DNA from: an uncultured Chloroflexia bacterium
GTDB taxonomy: Bacteria > Chloroflexota > Anaerolineae > JAAYZQ01
Length of the DNA stretch: 64,000 nt
Direction of reading: 5' to 3'
NCBI GenBank assembly: GCA_963700285.1
Contig: CAVOXA010000014.1
Span: 64,001-128,000 of the forward strand
Shown piece after piece: positions 40,377-50,899 of the stretch. The position numbers and the translations under genes were made by a program. The number at the start of each line of letters is the position of its first letter. The stretch's first letter is position 1. A model generated the notes under the pieces. That model saw nothing but the letters and a program-made list of their open reading frames with translations, searched no databases and was not told where the DNA came from.

Positions 40377-41924
40377 ATGGGTAAGGAGCATCTGATTGGC
40401 GTTGACCTGGGGACGAGTGTGGTCAAGACGACGCTGTTTGATCTAGACGGCAGGGCCCTGGCCGATGCCACCCGCGACACGACCCTTCACCAGCCGGGGC
40501 CTGGAATTGCCGAGCAGCGGGGCGATGATTTCTATGCTGCGGCGCTGGACACCATGCGCCAGGTAGTCAACAAAGCCGGCGTGGCGCCCGATGATGTAGC
40601 AGCCATCGCCTTCGATGGCCAAATGGGTGGGGCCATCGGCATCGACGAGCATTGGCAAGCGATCACACCCTGGTATGTTTCATCGTTGGATGTCCGCTAC
40701 CAGCCCTATTTGCAGCAGATGGTAGAGAGGGCAGGCAACCGGCTGGTCGAGCTAGCAGGCTCCATGCCGATCATGGGTCCGCGCATGCTGTGGTGGAAGC
40801 ACGAGCACCCTGACCTCTACAAGCGCATCCGCAAGGTACTGATCCTGGCCAACTATGTCGCTGGACGGTTGGCTGGCCTGGCGGTGGACGATGCCTTTGT
40901 CGATCCGTCCTACATACAGTGGATCGGCCTGAGCGACACCGCCCGGCACGCCTGGTCACCCGAGCTGCTGGACACCTTCGATCTGCCACTCGATAAGCTG
41001 CCGCGCATTGTGCCCGCCACCACCATAGTTGGCGGCCTGACGGCTGAGGCGGCGGAGGCCTGCGGCCTGGTGTCAGGTGTGCCCCTGGTGGCCGGTGCCG
41101 GAGATCAGGTGGCCAGTTGCCTGGGGGCTGGCCTGGTGGAAGCTGGCCAACTCATCGATGTAGCCGGCACCTTTTCGGTTCTGGCTACCTGCCTGGATCG
41201 CTATCTGGCTGATACCCGCTATGGCATGCTGCAGCCGCTGGCCAGCCCGCTGCCCGGCCTGTGGTACCCAATGATGTATATCGGCGGCGGCGGGCTGACC
41301 CATCGTTGGTACCGGGACGAGTTTGGCACCGCAGAAAAAGCCCTGGCAGAGGCCAGAGGATTCTCTGCCTACGAACTACTCGACGCCCAGGCTCAAGATC
41401 TGCCTGCAGGTTCAGAAGGACTGCTCTTTGTCCCTCACCTGGCAGGCCGCACCTGCCCCAATGATCCCAATGTGCGCGGTGCCTGGTTGGGCTTTACCTG
41501 GACCCATAAACCACCCCACTTCTACCGGGCAATCCTGGAGGCCATCGCCTACGACTATGCCGAGACGCTGGCCGTGGTGCGCGAGTACTATCCAGATGTG
41601 ACCTTCCAAGAAGTACGCGTCATCGGCGGAGGTGCTGGCAGCGACCTCTGGAGCCAGATCAAAGCCGACGTTTTGGGCCTGCCGTACGTGCGCCTACAGC
41701 GCGAGGATGTCGGGGCCTTGGGCTGCGCGGTCATGGCAGGCCACGCGGTGGGCATCTACCCCGACATGGCCGCCGCCGCAAGTCGCTTCGCACAGACAGT
41801 GGGCCGGGTGGAGCCCTGCCCTGAGCAGCACGACAAGTACCAGCCGTACGCAGCCGCCTATCGCGAGGCTTTTGACGAGCTGCGAGGCATGTACGAAAAA
41901 CTGGCCGTGCTCAGAGAGCAGTAG
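40377..41924 (+). CDS. FGGY family carbohydrate kinase (xylulokinase-like)
   Basis: IGVDLGTSVVK, AGAGDQ, LFVPHLAG, GGGAGSDLWSQIKADV. Confidence 0.92.
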   Translation: MGKEHLIGVDLGTSVVKTTLFDLDGRALADATRDTTLHQPGPGIAEQRGDDFYAAALDTMRQVVNKAGVAPDDVAAIAFDGQMGGAIGIDEHWQAITPWYVSSLDVRYQPYLQQMVERAGNRLVELAGSMPIMGPRMLWWKHEHPDLYKRIRKVLILANYVAGRLAGLAVDDAFVDPSYIQWIGLSDTARHAWSPELLDTFDLPLDKLPRIVPATTIVGGLTAEAAEACGLVSGVPLVAGAGDQVASCLGAGLVEAGQLIDVAGTFSVLATCLDRYLADTRYGMLQPLASPLPGLWYPMMYIGGGGLTHRWYRDEFGTAEKALAEARGFSAYELLDAQAQDLPAGSEGLLFVPHLAGRTCPNDPNVRGAWLGFTWTHKPPHFYRAILEAIAYDYAETLAVVREYYPDVTFQEVRVIGGGAGSDLWSQIKADVLGLPYVRLQREDVGALGCAVMAGHAVGIYPDMAAAASRFAQTVGRVEPCPEQHDKYQPYAAAYREAFDELRGMYEKLAVLREQ

Positions 41925-42066
41925 CAGCCTCCCGGCCCAAACTTGGCGCCAGGAAGCACTCGGAAAGGAGGAAGATGCTGACTAACAGACCGCAACGACT
42001 CTAAGCCGGCACCATTTTCAGACGAGCAGATAATCCGCAAGAAATAAAGAAGGAGGAAAGAAAAAG

Positions 42067-44973
42067 ATGAAAACAACCAAGCTCTTGCTACTGTGCAGCC
42101 TGGTGGTCGTGATCGCACTGGTCGTGGTCGCTTGCGGTGGCACCGAGGCGCCGAAAGAAGAAGTCAAGGTCGAGTCAACCAAGGCGCCGGCTCAGGAAGA
42201 AGCCAAGCCCACTGAAGCTCCCGCTCCGGCAGAGGACGCCGGCTACAAGATGGCGGGCATAACCTTCTACAGTGACTTTTTCATGCAGACCGTCATCGAC
42301 GGCATGAAACTGGCTGCTGACGAAAATGGCATCGAGTTCAGCAACCATGTCACCGAGTTCGATCTGGAGAAGGAAGCCCAGATCATCGACGACCTCATCA
42401 CCAAGGGTGTCGATGCCATCATCATCACCCCCATCTCTTCCGATGGCTCTATCGCCGCCCTCAAAAAGGCCAAGGAGGCCGGCGTCACCGTCGTCTGCTT
42501 TAACACCTGCGTCAACGAAGAAGGCATCGCTTCGGCCTTCCTCTACACCGACGGCATCGAGCACGGCGGCAAGACAGGCAAGGCCGTGGCCGAGTACGTC
42601 AAGAACGAGATGGGTGGCAGCGCCAAGCTGGGCATCCTCAACTGCGAGATCTATGAGCTCTGTGTCGAGCGCTTGGACGGCTTTATGGCCGAGCTGGAAG
42701 GCCTCGACATCGAGGTCGTCGACAACCAGCAGGGCTTTGTGGCCGACGAGGCTGTCACCGTCGCCGAGGACATGCTCCAGGCTCACCCCGACATCAATCT
42801 GATGTGGTCGGAAAATGAAGGCGGCACCGTCGGCATCGTCCAGGCAGTTAAATCGCTGGGCATGGACGGCGAACTGCCCGTCTTTGGCCTGGACATGAAC
42901 ATGCAGATGGCCCAGATGCTACAGTCTGACGACGGCATCCTCTTGGGCACCACCGGCCAGTCGCCCTACGACCTGGGCTACATGTCCCTCAACACGGCCA
43001 TTGATGTCCTGAACGGCAAGGAGGTCGAGCCCGTCACCTTCTCACCGGCCATCTACTTCGGCCGCGACACTCCTGAAAAGGTCCAGGAATTCATCGACAC
43101 CGAGGGCAAGATGTTCGCCACAGACGAGCCCGAGGCTGAGGCACCGTCCGAACCCGCAGGCGAAGGCTACAAGATGGCAGGCATCACCTTCTACAGTGAC
43201 TTTTTCATGCAGACCGTCATCGACGGCATGAAACTGGCTGCTGAGGAAAATGGCATCGAGTTCAGCAACCATGTCACCGAGTTCGATCTGGAGAAGGAAG
43301 CCCAGATCATCGACGACCTCATCACCAAGGGTGTCGATGCCATCATCATCACCCCCATCTCCTCCGATGGCTCCATCGCCGCCCTCAAAAAGGCCAAGGA
43401 GGCCGGTGTGACTGTCGTCTGCTTTAACACCTGCGTCAACGAAGAGGGCATCGCTTCAGCCTTCCTCTACACCGACGGCATCGAGCACGGCGGCAAGACA
43501 GGCAAGGCCGTGGCCGAGTACGTCAAGAACGAGATGGGCGGCAGCGCCAAGCTGGGCATCCTCAACTGCGAGATCTATGAGCTCTGCGTCGAGCGCCTGG
43601 ACGGCTTTATGGCCGAGCTGGAAGGCCTCGACATCGAGGTCGTGGACAACCAGCAGGGCTTTGTGGCCGACGAGGCTGTCACCGTCGCTGAGGACATGCT
43701 CTCGGCTCACCCCGACATCAATCTGATGTGGTCTGAGAACGAGGGCGGCACCGTCGGCATCGTCCAGGCCGTCAAGACCCTGGGCCTCGGGGATCAGGTT
43801 CCCGTCTTTGGCCTGGACATGAACATGCAGATGGCCCAGATGCTGCAGTCTGATGACGGCATCCTCTTGGGCACCACAGGCCAGTCGCCCTACGACTTGG
43901 GCTACATGTCCCTCAACACCGCTGTCGACGTCCTGAATGGCAAGGAAGTCGAGCCCGTCACCTTCTCACCGGCCATCTACTTTGGCCGAACCACTCCCGA
44001 GAAGGTCCAGGAATTCATCGACACTGAGGGCAAGATGTTCGCCACCGACGAGCCCGAGGCCGAAGCACCATCCGGTCCCCAGGGCGAGGGCTACAAGATG
44101 GCAGGCATCACCTTCTACAGTGACTTTTTCATGCAGACCGTCATCGACGGCATGAAACTGGCATCTGAGGAGAACGGCGTCGAGTTCAGCAACCACGTCA
44201 CCGAGTTCGATCTGGAGAAGGAAGCCCAGATCATCGACGACCTCATCACCAAGGGTGTCGATGCCATCATCATCACCCCTATCTCTTCCGATGGCTCCAC
44301 CGCTGCTCTGAAAAAGGCCAAGGAGGCCGGTGTCACCGTCGTCTGCTTTAACACCTGCGTCAACGAAGAAGGCATCGCTTCGGCCTTCCTCTACACCGAC
44401 GGCATCGAGCACGGCGGCAAGACAGGCAAGGCCGTGGCCGAGTACGTCAAGAACGAGATGGGTGGCAGCGCCAAGCTGGGCATCCTCAACTGCGAGATCT
44501 ATGAGCTCTGTGTCGAGCGCTTGGACGGCTTTATGGCCGAGCTGGAAGGCCTCGACATCGAGGTCGTCGACAACCAGCAGGGCTTTGTGGCCGACGAGGC
44601 TGTCACCGTCGCTGAGGACATGCTCTCGGCTCACCCCGACATCAATCTGATGTGGTCTGAGAACGAGGGCGGCACCGTCGGCATCGTCCAGGCCGTCAAG
44701 ACGCTGGGCCTCGCCGATCAGGTTCCCGTCTTTGGCCTGGACATGAACATGCAGATGGCCCAGATGCTGCAGTCTGATGACGGCATCCTCTTGGGCACCA
44801 CAGGCCAGTCGCCCTACGACCTGGGTTACATGTCCCTCAACACGGCCATTGACGTCCTGAACGGCAAGGAAGTAGAGCCCGTCACCTTCTCACCGGCCAT
44901 CTACTTCGGCCGCGACACTCCTGAAAAGGTCCAGGAATTCATCGACACCGAGGGCAAGATGTTCGCCAAGTAG
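42067..44973 (+). CDS. Sugar ABC transporter substrate-binding lipoprotein with three tandem near-identical binding domains
   Basis: Lipobox VVVAC; RbsB-like domain (LITKGVDAIIITP, VPVFGLD, GQSPYDLG) present three times. Confidence 0.92.
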   Translation: MKTTKLLLLCSLVVVIALVVVACGGTEAPKEEVKVESTKAPAQEEAKPTEAPAPAEDAGYKMAGITFYSDFFMQTVIDGMKLAADENGIEFSNHVTEFDLEKEAQIIDDLITKGVDAIIITPISSDGSIAALKKAKEAGVTVVCFNTCVNEEGIASAFLYTDGIEHGGKTGKAVAEYVKNEMGGSAKLGILNCEIYELCVERLDGFMAELEGLDIEVVDNQQGFVADEAVTVAEDMLQAHPDINLMWSENEGGTVGIVQAVKSLGMDGELPVFGLDMNMQMAQMLQSDDGILLGTTGQSPYDLGYMSLNTAIDVLNGKEVEPVTFSPAIYFGRDTPEKVQEFIDTEGKMFATDEPEAEAPSEPAGEGYKMAGITFYSDFFMQTVIDGMKLAAEENGIEFSNHVTEFDLEKEAQIIDDLITKGVDAIIITPISSDGSIAALKKAKEAGVTVVCFNTCVNEEGIASAFLYTDGIEHGGKTGKAVAEYVKNEMGGSAKLGILNCEIYELCVERLDGFMAELEGLDIEVVDNQQGFVADEAVTVAEDMLSAHPDINLMWSENEGGTVGIVQAVKTLGLGDQVPVFGLDMNMQMAQMLQSDDGILLGTTGQSPYDLGYMSLNTAVDVLNGKEVEPVTFSPAIYFGRTTPEKVQEFIDTEGKMFATDEPEAEAPSGPQGEGYKMAGITFYSDFFMQTVIDGMKLASEENGVEFSNHVTEFDLEKEAQIIDDLITKGVDAIIITPISSDGSTAALKKAKEAGVTVVCFNTCVNEEGIASAFLYTDGIEHGGKTGKAVAEYVKNEMGGSAKLGILNCEIYELCVERLDGFMAELEGLDIEVVDNQQGFVADEAVTVAEDMLSAHPDINLMWSENEGGTVGIVQAVKTLGLADQVPVFGLDMNMQMAQMLQSDDGILLGTTGQSPYDLGYMSLNTAIDVLNGKEVEPVTFSPAIYFGRDTPEKVQEFIDTEGKMFAK
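42241..44967 (+). repeat. Intragenic tandem repeat, 3 copies with 924-bp period
   Basis: GGCTACAAGATGGC recurs at 42241, 43165 and 44089; the units differ only at scattered positions. Confidence 0.95.
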
Positions 44974-44988
44974 GACTTGATGCACAGG

Positions 44989-45030
44989 CCTGGCAGGCCG
45001 GGGTCGCATCGGAACCTGCGGCCTGCCAGG
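44989..45030 (+). other. Intercistronic stem-loop after the binding-protein gene
   Basis: CCTGGCAGGCCG / CGGCCTGCCAGG 12-bp arms with no T tract. Confidence 0.55.
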
Positions 45031-45057
45031 TCTCCACTTGCTATGGAAGGAATGCCA

Positions 45058-46572
45058 ATGACGAGAATTCTGGACATGGACCATGTCACCAAGCGCTATC
45101 CCGGCGTGGTCGCCCTGGACAGCGTCAGCTTTGGCTGCGACGCCGGCGAGGTACGCGCTCTCCTGGGCAAGAACGGCGCCGGCAAGTCAACGCTGATCAA
45201 GGTTCTGAGCGGCGCCGTACGCCAGGACGAGGGCGAGATCCGCATTGACGGCAGTCCGGTGGAAATCGACGATCCGCGCGATGCCTTTGGCCTCGGCATC
45301 AGCACCGTCTACCAGGAAATGAGCCTGGTTCCAGGGCTGACGGTCGCTGAGAACATCTTCTTGGGGCGCTGGCCCAGAAAACGGCAGCTCGGCCTGCCGG
45401 TCATTGACCGCAAAAAGATCCTGGAGGCCGCCCAGGAGGCATTGGACCAGCTTAAGGTCACCTTGGATCTGAATGAGCTAGTCCTACGGCTCAACGTGGC
45501 CCAGCAGCAGTTGGTCGAGATTGCCAAGGCCATCTCCTTCAACCCGAGGGTCTTGGTCCTCGACGAGCCAACCAGCGCGCTGCCCGAGGAAGAGGTCGAA
45601 GTCCTGCATGGCGTCGTCCGGAATCTGGCGAGCCAGGGCATGGCCGTTATCTATGTCACCCACCGCCTGCAAGAGATCCCGCACGTGGCTGACAGCGTCA
45701 CCGTTCTGCGCGACGGAAAGCGCATCGGTACCATACCTGTCGAGGCAGCCACCCCAGAAAAAATCGCCAATATGATGATTGGCGCAGACTGGGAAAGGAC
45801 CGAGTGGCTTCGAAGCGGCGAACTGGGTGAGGTCAAACTTGAGGTGCACAACCTGATACGCGAGGACGAGCTGCACGACATTTCATTTGGGGTGAGGGCA
45901 GGCGAAGTTCTGGGCATTGCTGGGCTGCTGGGCTCGGGGCGTACCGAGCTTCTGCGGGCCATCTTTGGCCTCGACAAGCTGGACAGCGGCGAGATCTATG
46001 TCGACGGCAAGCTGGTCGCCAAACCTAGCCCCGCCCGCATGAAGAGACGGGGCGTTGCCCTGACACCCGAGGATCGCAAGACCGAGGGGCTGGTCATGAT
46101 CTTTTCGGTGATGCGCAACCTGACATTGGCTAGTCTGAACCGGATCAGCGATGGTGGCATCCTCCGTCACCGGCGCGAGCGCCAGCTGGCTCAGGGCATG
46201 GCTGATAGTATACAGGTCGTAACACCCAGCCTGGACGCAGAAGCGCGGACATTGAGTGGTGGCAATCAGCAGAAGGTGGTTGTCGGCAACTGGCTTAACA
46301 CCCAGCCTTCGGTGCTGATCATGGACGAGCCAACCCGCGGCATTGACATCCAGGCCAAGGAACAGATCTTTTCCCTGGTGCGCGACTTGGCCGAGGAGGG
46401 CATGGCTGTCATCTTTGTCTCCTCCGAACTCGAGGAGGTCATGGATGTGTCGGACCGCATCCTGGTCCTGAATCATGGCTACCTGACCGACGAAGTGAAT
46501 CCCGACGAGATTGACCTGGAAAACCTGTTCACCTTGGTAATGAAGGAGGATGTGACTCATGGTCCAAGCTAG
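45058..46572 (+). CDS. Sugar ABC transporter ATP-binding protein (CUT2, RbsA/MglA-like)
   Basis: GKNGAGKST, LVLDEPT, PEDRK, LSGGNQQK, MDEPTRGID, VSSELEE. Confidence 0.95.
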   Translation: MTRILDMDHVTKRYPGVVALDSVSFGCDAGEVRALLGKNGAGKSTLIKVLSGAVRQDEGEIRIDGSPVEIDDPRDAFGLGISTVYQEMSLVPGLTVAENIFLGRWPRKRQLGLPVIDRKKILEAAQEALDQLKVTLDLNELVLRLNVAQQQLVEIAKAISFNPRVLVLDEPTSALPEEEVEVLHGVVRNLASQGMAVIYVTHRLQEIPHVADSVTVLRDGKRIGTIPVEAATPEKIANMMIGADWERTEWLRSGELGEVKLEVHNLIREDELHDISFGVRAGEVLGIAGLLGSGRTELLRAIFGLDKLDSGEIYVDGKLVAKPSPARMKRRGVALTPEDRKTEGLVMIFSVMRNLTLASLNRISDGGILRHRRERQLAQGMADSIQVVTPSLDAEARTLSGGNQQKVVVGNWLNTQPSVLIMDEPTRGIDIQAKEQIFSLVRDLAEEGMAVIFVSSELEEVMDVSDRILVLNHGYLTDEVNPDEIDLENLFTLVMKEDVTHGPS

Positions 46573-47539
46573 CCTAGCAAAAGCCAGGAATCCGTGGTGG
46601 CGGGGGATACGACGCTATGCATCGCGCTCGGGGCTCCTCGTTGGCCTCATCGTCTTGTTCGTCTTGTTGGCGATCCTTGCCCCGAATTTCCTGACGGCGC
46701 GCAACCTCCTGAACGTGCTGCGGGCCATGGCCTTCACTGGCATGATCGCTTTTGGCATGACCTTTGTCATTATCTCGGGTGATATTGACGTGAGCGTTGG
46801 TTCTGCTGTGGCTTGGGCTTCCTCTCTGCTGGGTGTGTTGGCCATCACCCATGGCTGGCCCCTGTGGCTTGCGGTGCTCTTTGTCATAATCCAGGGCATG
46901 GTTATTCACATGATGGCGGCTGGCATCCGCATTGCGCTCAACGTACCTTCCTTTGTCGTCACCCTGGCCATGTTCATGAGTCTGCGCGGCGCGGCACGGC
47001 TTATCACCGGCGCCTGGTCGATCACACCTTTCCCCGAGTCGTTCAACTTCTGGGGGCAGGGCTACGTGTTCAAGGTCATTCCGGTCCCGGCAGTGTTCAT
47101 GCTGGCGACCTTTTTGATCTTTCTCTTTCTCAGCAAGCGTACCGTCTTTGGCCGGTCGGTCTACAGTGTCGGCGGCAATGAAGAGGCATCGCGTTTGTCC
47201 GGCATCCCCGTGCCCCGCACCCGGGTATTGATCTATGCCCTTGTCGGCCTGCTCTGTGCCGCGGCGGGCATTATCCTTTCGTCGCGCATCAGCGCCGGTT
47301 CGTCCAAGATCGCCTCTGGCCTGGAGTTCGAGGTCATCGCCGCTGTTATCATTGGCGGCACCAGCCTTTCCGGTGGCCAGGGCTCGATGATCGGAACCCT
47401 GCTCGGCGTGCTGTTCATCGGCCTGCTACAGAATGGCATGACACTCCTGGGTGTCGATCCCTTTGCCCAGGAAGTTGCCAGCGGTCTCATCATCCTCTTT
47501 GCCGTCCTCATCAGCGAGCTGCAAAAGCTGAGCCGCTGA
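46559..47539 (+). CDS. Sugar ABC transporter permease (RbsC-like)
   Basis: GMTFVIISGDIDVSVGS, GGNEEASRLSGI, EFEVIAAVIIGGTSL.GG.G. Confidence 0.95.
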   Translation: MVQASLAKARNPWWRGIRRYASRSGLLVGLIVLFVLLAILAPNFLTARNLLNVLRAMAFTGMIAFGMTFVIISGDIDVSVGSAVAWASSLLGVLAITHGWPLWLAVLFVIIQGMVIHMMAAGIRIALNVPSFVVTLAMFMSLRGAARLITGAWSITPFPESFNFWGQGYVFKVIPVPAVFMLATFLIFLFLSKRTVFGRSVYSVGGNEEASRLSGIPVPRTRVLIYALVGLLCAAAGIILSSRISAGSSKIASGLEFEVIAAVIIGGTSLSGGQGSMIGTLLGVLFIGLLQNGMTLLGVDPFAQEVASGLIILFAVLISELQKLSR

Positions 47540-47572
47540 AAGGAACCTTGTAGAGGGAGAAAGAGGCGCCCA

Positions 47573-48610
47573 GTGGCCCAACTCACATCTGAACAACGAA
47601 TTCACTGCGCCCTGCGTCGAGAAGAGCCCGACCGAGTGCCGCACTTTGAGTGGCTCATCGACCGCAAAGTTCGGGAGGCTATCTGCCCCGGCGTCCGCGA
47701 CAGCAACGAGTTCAACGTGCGCATGGGACTCGACGCTGTCCTCGGCCGCATCAAATATGGCAGCGAGCAGGTCGGGCCGGACCTCTGGCGCAGCGAGTGG
47801 GGCTATGTCTCCCAGATGACAGTCGAGGAGCACGGCATCGAAGTCGAGTCGCCCCTGAAGACCATGGACGACTTGGACCACTACACACCGCCCGATCCCA
47901 CTCTGCCCCAGCGTTACACCGAGATCGATGAACTGGTGGCAGCCTTTGCCGGGGACAAGGCCGTCATCGTACAGTTGCGCGACGTCTTTTCCCTGCCCCG
48001 CTACCTGCTGGGTATGGAGAACCTGCTGATGTCTCTCATCACGCAGCCCGATCTGGTTCGAGCCCTGGTCGACCTTTCGGTTGAGATCAACTTGCAGAGC
48101 GCCCGCGAGGTGGCCGCTCGTGGCGTCAAGATCGTCTACAGTGGCGATGACTATGCTTATACCAAAGGGCCGCTGATGTCACCCAGACACTTTCGCCAGT
48201 TCTTTTACCCGGGACTCAAGCGGCTGGTGGCCGGTTGCAAGGAACTGGGCTTGGTGTATATCAAGCACACCGATGGCGACCTGTGGCCCATCCTCGACAT
48301 GCTCGTCGACGCCGGTATCGACTGCCTGGATCCCATCGACCCCCTCGCCGGCATGGATATCACTGAGGTCAAGGCCAGGTATGGGGATCGGATCGCCATC
48401 AAAGGCAACGTGGACTGCGCACTGACGCTGACCTTCGGTACGCCTGAAGACGTTGCCGAGGAGACCAAAGAGGCTATGCGCAAGGGCATGCCAGGCGGAG
48501 GGTTTATCCTGTCCTCCAGCAACTCGATCGTCTCCGCCACCAAGCCCGAGAACTACCTGGCCATGCTCCAGACCTGGGAGCGTTGCCGCGACTATCCGAT
48601 GACTCTCTAG
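47573..48610 (+). CDS. UROD / MtaA-CmuA family protein (paralogue 4)
   Basis: EEPDRVP, GDDYA, KHTDG, LDPID, KGNVD, GGGFILSSSNS. Confidence 0.88.
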   Translation: MAQLTSEQRIHCALRREEPDRVPHFEWLIDRKVREAICPGVRDSNEFNVRMGLDAVLGRIKYGSEQVGPDLWRSEWGYVSQMTVEEHGIEVESPLKTMDDLDHYTPPDPTLPQRYTEIDELVAAFAGDKAVIVQLRDVFSLPRYLLGMENLLMSLITQPDLVRALVDLSVEINLQSAREVAARGVKIVYSGDDYAYTKGPLMSPRHFRQFFYPGLKRLVAGCKELGLVYIKHTDGDLWPILDMLVDAGIDCLDPIDPLAGMDITEVKARYGDRIAIKGNVDCALTLTFGTPEDVAEETKEAMRKGMPGGGFILSSSNSIVSATKPENYLAMLQTWERCRDYPMTL

Positions 48611-48653
48611 AAGAGAAACCAGGTACGGTATTCTTCTTCGAAAGGAACATGGA

Positions 48654-49706
48654 ATGACCAAGATCGCTATCGTTGGCGCCGGCCTGATGGGCACGGCTGT
48701 AGCTTGGCCCCTGTCGGACAACGGACACGAGGTGCGCCTCATCGGCACCCACCTCGACACCGAGATCATCGACAGCTGCCGCGCCGGAGGCTACCATCCG
48801 CGCCTCAAGCGCTACTTGCCGGCCAACGTCACGCCCTTCTACCTTGACAAGATCGAGGAGGCCCTGGATGGCGTCGAGATTGTTGTCAGTGGGGTCAATT
48901 CCCTGGGCGTGCACTGGATCGGGCAGACCCTTGGTCCCCTGCTGCAGCCGGGCCAGCTGGTCATCGCTGTCACTAAGGGTCTGGAGGCCACCGACGACGG
49001 CGAGCTGCTGATCCTGCCCGACGTGGTGGCGGCCGAGTTCCCCGAAAGTATCCGCGACCAGGTAACCATAGCCGCCATCGGCGGGCCGTGCATCGCCGGC
49101 GAGTTGGCCGGGCGCCGGCCCTCTCTGGTCGTCTTTGGCTCGCGCGACTCGGAAGACGTCGAACGACTCGCCGCTACTTTCCGTGCGAGCTACTATCACA
49201 TCTGGACGACCACCGACCTGCTTGGCCTGGAAATCTGCGCTGCCCTCAAGAATGCCTATACCCTGGGCGTAGGCCTGGTGGCCGGCATGTTGGAGCGCGA
49301 TGGCGGCGTGGATCAGGCAGATGCCTACATGCACAACCTGGCGGCTGGCGTCTTTGCCCAGGGCTGCACCGAGATCGACCGTGCCCTGCAGATCCTAGGC
49401 GGCAGCCGCCGTTTCGCGTACGGCCTGCCCGGGCCCGGAGATCTGTATGTGACCAGCATGGGCGGCCGGACCGTTCGTCTGGGGCGCTTACTGGGTCTGG
49501 GTCACTCCTACGCCGAAGCGCGGCAGATCATGGCTGGCGAGACCTTGGAGGCTGTCGAGATTGTGCGGTCCATGGGCAAAACGCTGCCTAGGATGCAGGC
49601 ACAGGGCAACATCAGCGCCGGGGATCTACCACTGCTCCGCGCCCTGGTCGACGTCGTCGTCCACGGCAAAGAGATCGACCTGCCGCTGGACGCCTTCTTT
49701 GGGTAG
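48654..49706 (+). CDS. NAD(P)H-dependent glycerol-3-phosphate dehydrogenase family protein (divergent GpsA-like)
   Basis: IVGAGLMG, VTKG, IGGPCIA.E, ALKNAY, GDLYVT..GRT. Confidence 0.8.
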   Translation: MTKIAIVGAGLMGTAVAWPLSDNGHEVRLIGTHLDTEIIDSCRAGGYHPRLKRYLPANVTPFYLDKIEEALDGVEIVVSGVNSLGVHWIGQTLGPLLQPGQLVIAVTKGLEATDDGELLILPDVVAAEFPESIRDQVTIAAIGGPCIAGELAGRRPSLVVFGSRDSEDVERLAATFRASYYHIWTTTDLLGLEICAALKNAYTLGVGLVAGMLERDGGVDQADAYMHNLAAGVFAQGCTEIDRALQILGGSRRFAYGLPGPGDLYVTSMGGRTVRLGRLLGLGHSYAEARQIMAGETLEAVEIVRSMGKTLPRMQAQGNISAGDLPLLRALVDVVVHGKEIDLPLDAFFG

Positions 49707-49762
49707 TCCAGCATAGCCGGGCACAGCCCGGCGAAACAAGCACTAGGAGATTGAGATAAGCC

Positions 49763-50836
49763 ATGACCGAAATCTTGACTGCTTCCGTTGTCGGCGGCGG
49801 TTGGGGCGGCACCCTGAATATGAGCGGCCTGGCCAACTCGGACCGGTTTGAGCTGGTCGCGGCGACTGATATCAAGCCCGAGGTCTGCCGGGTGTTGGAA
49901 GAACAGTACCCCGGTATCCGGACGTTCACCGACTACCAGGAGATGTTTGCGATTTGCCCGACCGATGTTGTGTGCGTCGCCACCTATGCCCCTAGTCACG
50001 AGGCCATCGCCATCGACGCCCTGGAATTGCCACTGAAGGGCATCTGTGTCGAAAAGCCCCTGGGCGCGTCTGTGGCTGAGGGACAGCGCATTCTAGAAGC
50101 CATCAAGGCCCGCAATCTGCCCATGGCTGTTCCCCATCCCCTGCTGGCCGAAGCGTTGCCCATGGAGATTATCGAGCGCGTCCAGCGCGGTGACATCGGT
50201 ACCCTGCGCCTGGTGGAGGTCGAGCAGAACAAATGGGACTTGCTCAACGCCGGCATCCACTGGCTGAACTTTTTTGTCCACCTGACTGCTTTCGAAGAGA
50301 TAGACTGGATCCTGGCCGCGCTCGACACCAAGGACCGCACCTACCGCGACAGCATGCAGGTGGAGACCTCGGGTGTGACCTATGTCCAGACCAGGAGCGG
50401 CGTCCGCTTTGTAATGCACACCGGCGACCAGGTGTTGGTGACCGAAGAGAGAGGCAGAGAGACCACTTCCCTCTTCCGTCTGGTGGGTACAGAAGGCGTC
50501 ATCACCTTCTTCGGCGTGCATCCTGTCTACAGGATCCTCAATGCCGAGAACCCAACGGGTACCGACATCCGTCCCGAACCTTTTTCCCAGACCGAGCACG
50601 AAATCCACCTGAACCACATGGCTGCTCAGATCGACAATGGGATACCGGACTATACCGTGGCCGATAGCTCTCTCACCGCTCTGGAATGCTGCGAGGCGGC
50701 ATTCCTCTCGCACCGCCACCGCTGCAAGGTCACCTTCCCGCTAAAGGCCTTCAGGCCACCCGCTGACAGCGACTGGGACCCCGGTGCCATCTATGGCGGC
50801 GAGGGTGGCGGTCTCGATGGACGGAGCCTGCTCTGA
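49763..50836 (+). CDS. Gfo/Idh/MocA family oxidoreductase
   Basis: VVGGGWGG, CVEKPL, LLNAGIH, LVGTEG. Confidence 0.88.
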   Translation: MTEILTASVVGGGWGGTLNMSGLANSDRFELVAATDIKPEVCRVLEEQYPGIRTFTDYQEMFAICPTDVVCVATYAPSHEAIAIDALELPLKGICVEKPLGASVAEGQRILEAIKARNLPMAVPHPLLAEALPMEIIERVQRGDIGTLRLVEVEQNKWDLLNAGIHWLNFFVHLTAFEEIDWILAALDTKDRTYRDSMQVETSGVTYVQTRSGVRFVMHTGDQVLVTEERGRETTSLFRLVGTEGVITFFGVHPVYRILNAENPTGTDIRPEPFSQTEHEIHLNHMAAQIDNGIPDYTVADSSLTALECCEAAFLSHRHRCKVTFPLKAFRPPADSDWDPGAIYGGEGGGLDGRSLL

Positions 50837-50899
50837 CCAGTCAGCCCGCTGCTCCAGAAACCGGCAGCATTCAAGCCAGGAAAGGGAGATTTGTGAACC

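Noticed and set aside
41975-42004. 9-codon ORF (MLTNRPQRL) behind AAAGGAGG, upstream of the binding-protein gene
   Set aside because: SD spacing is short, and there is no attenuator structure or other support.
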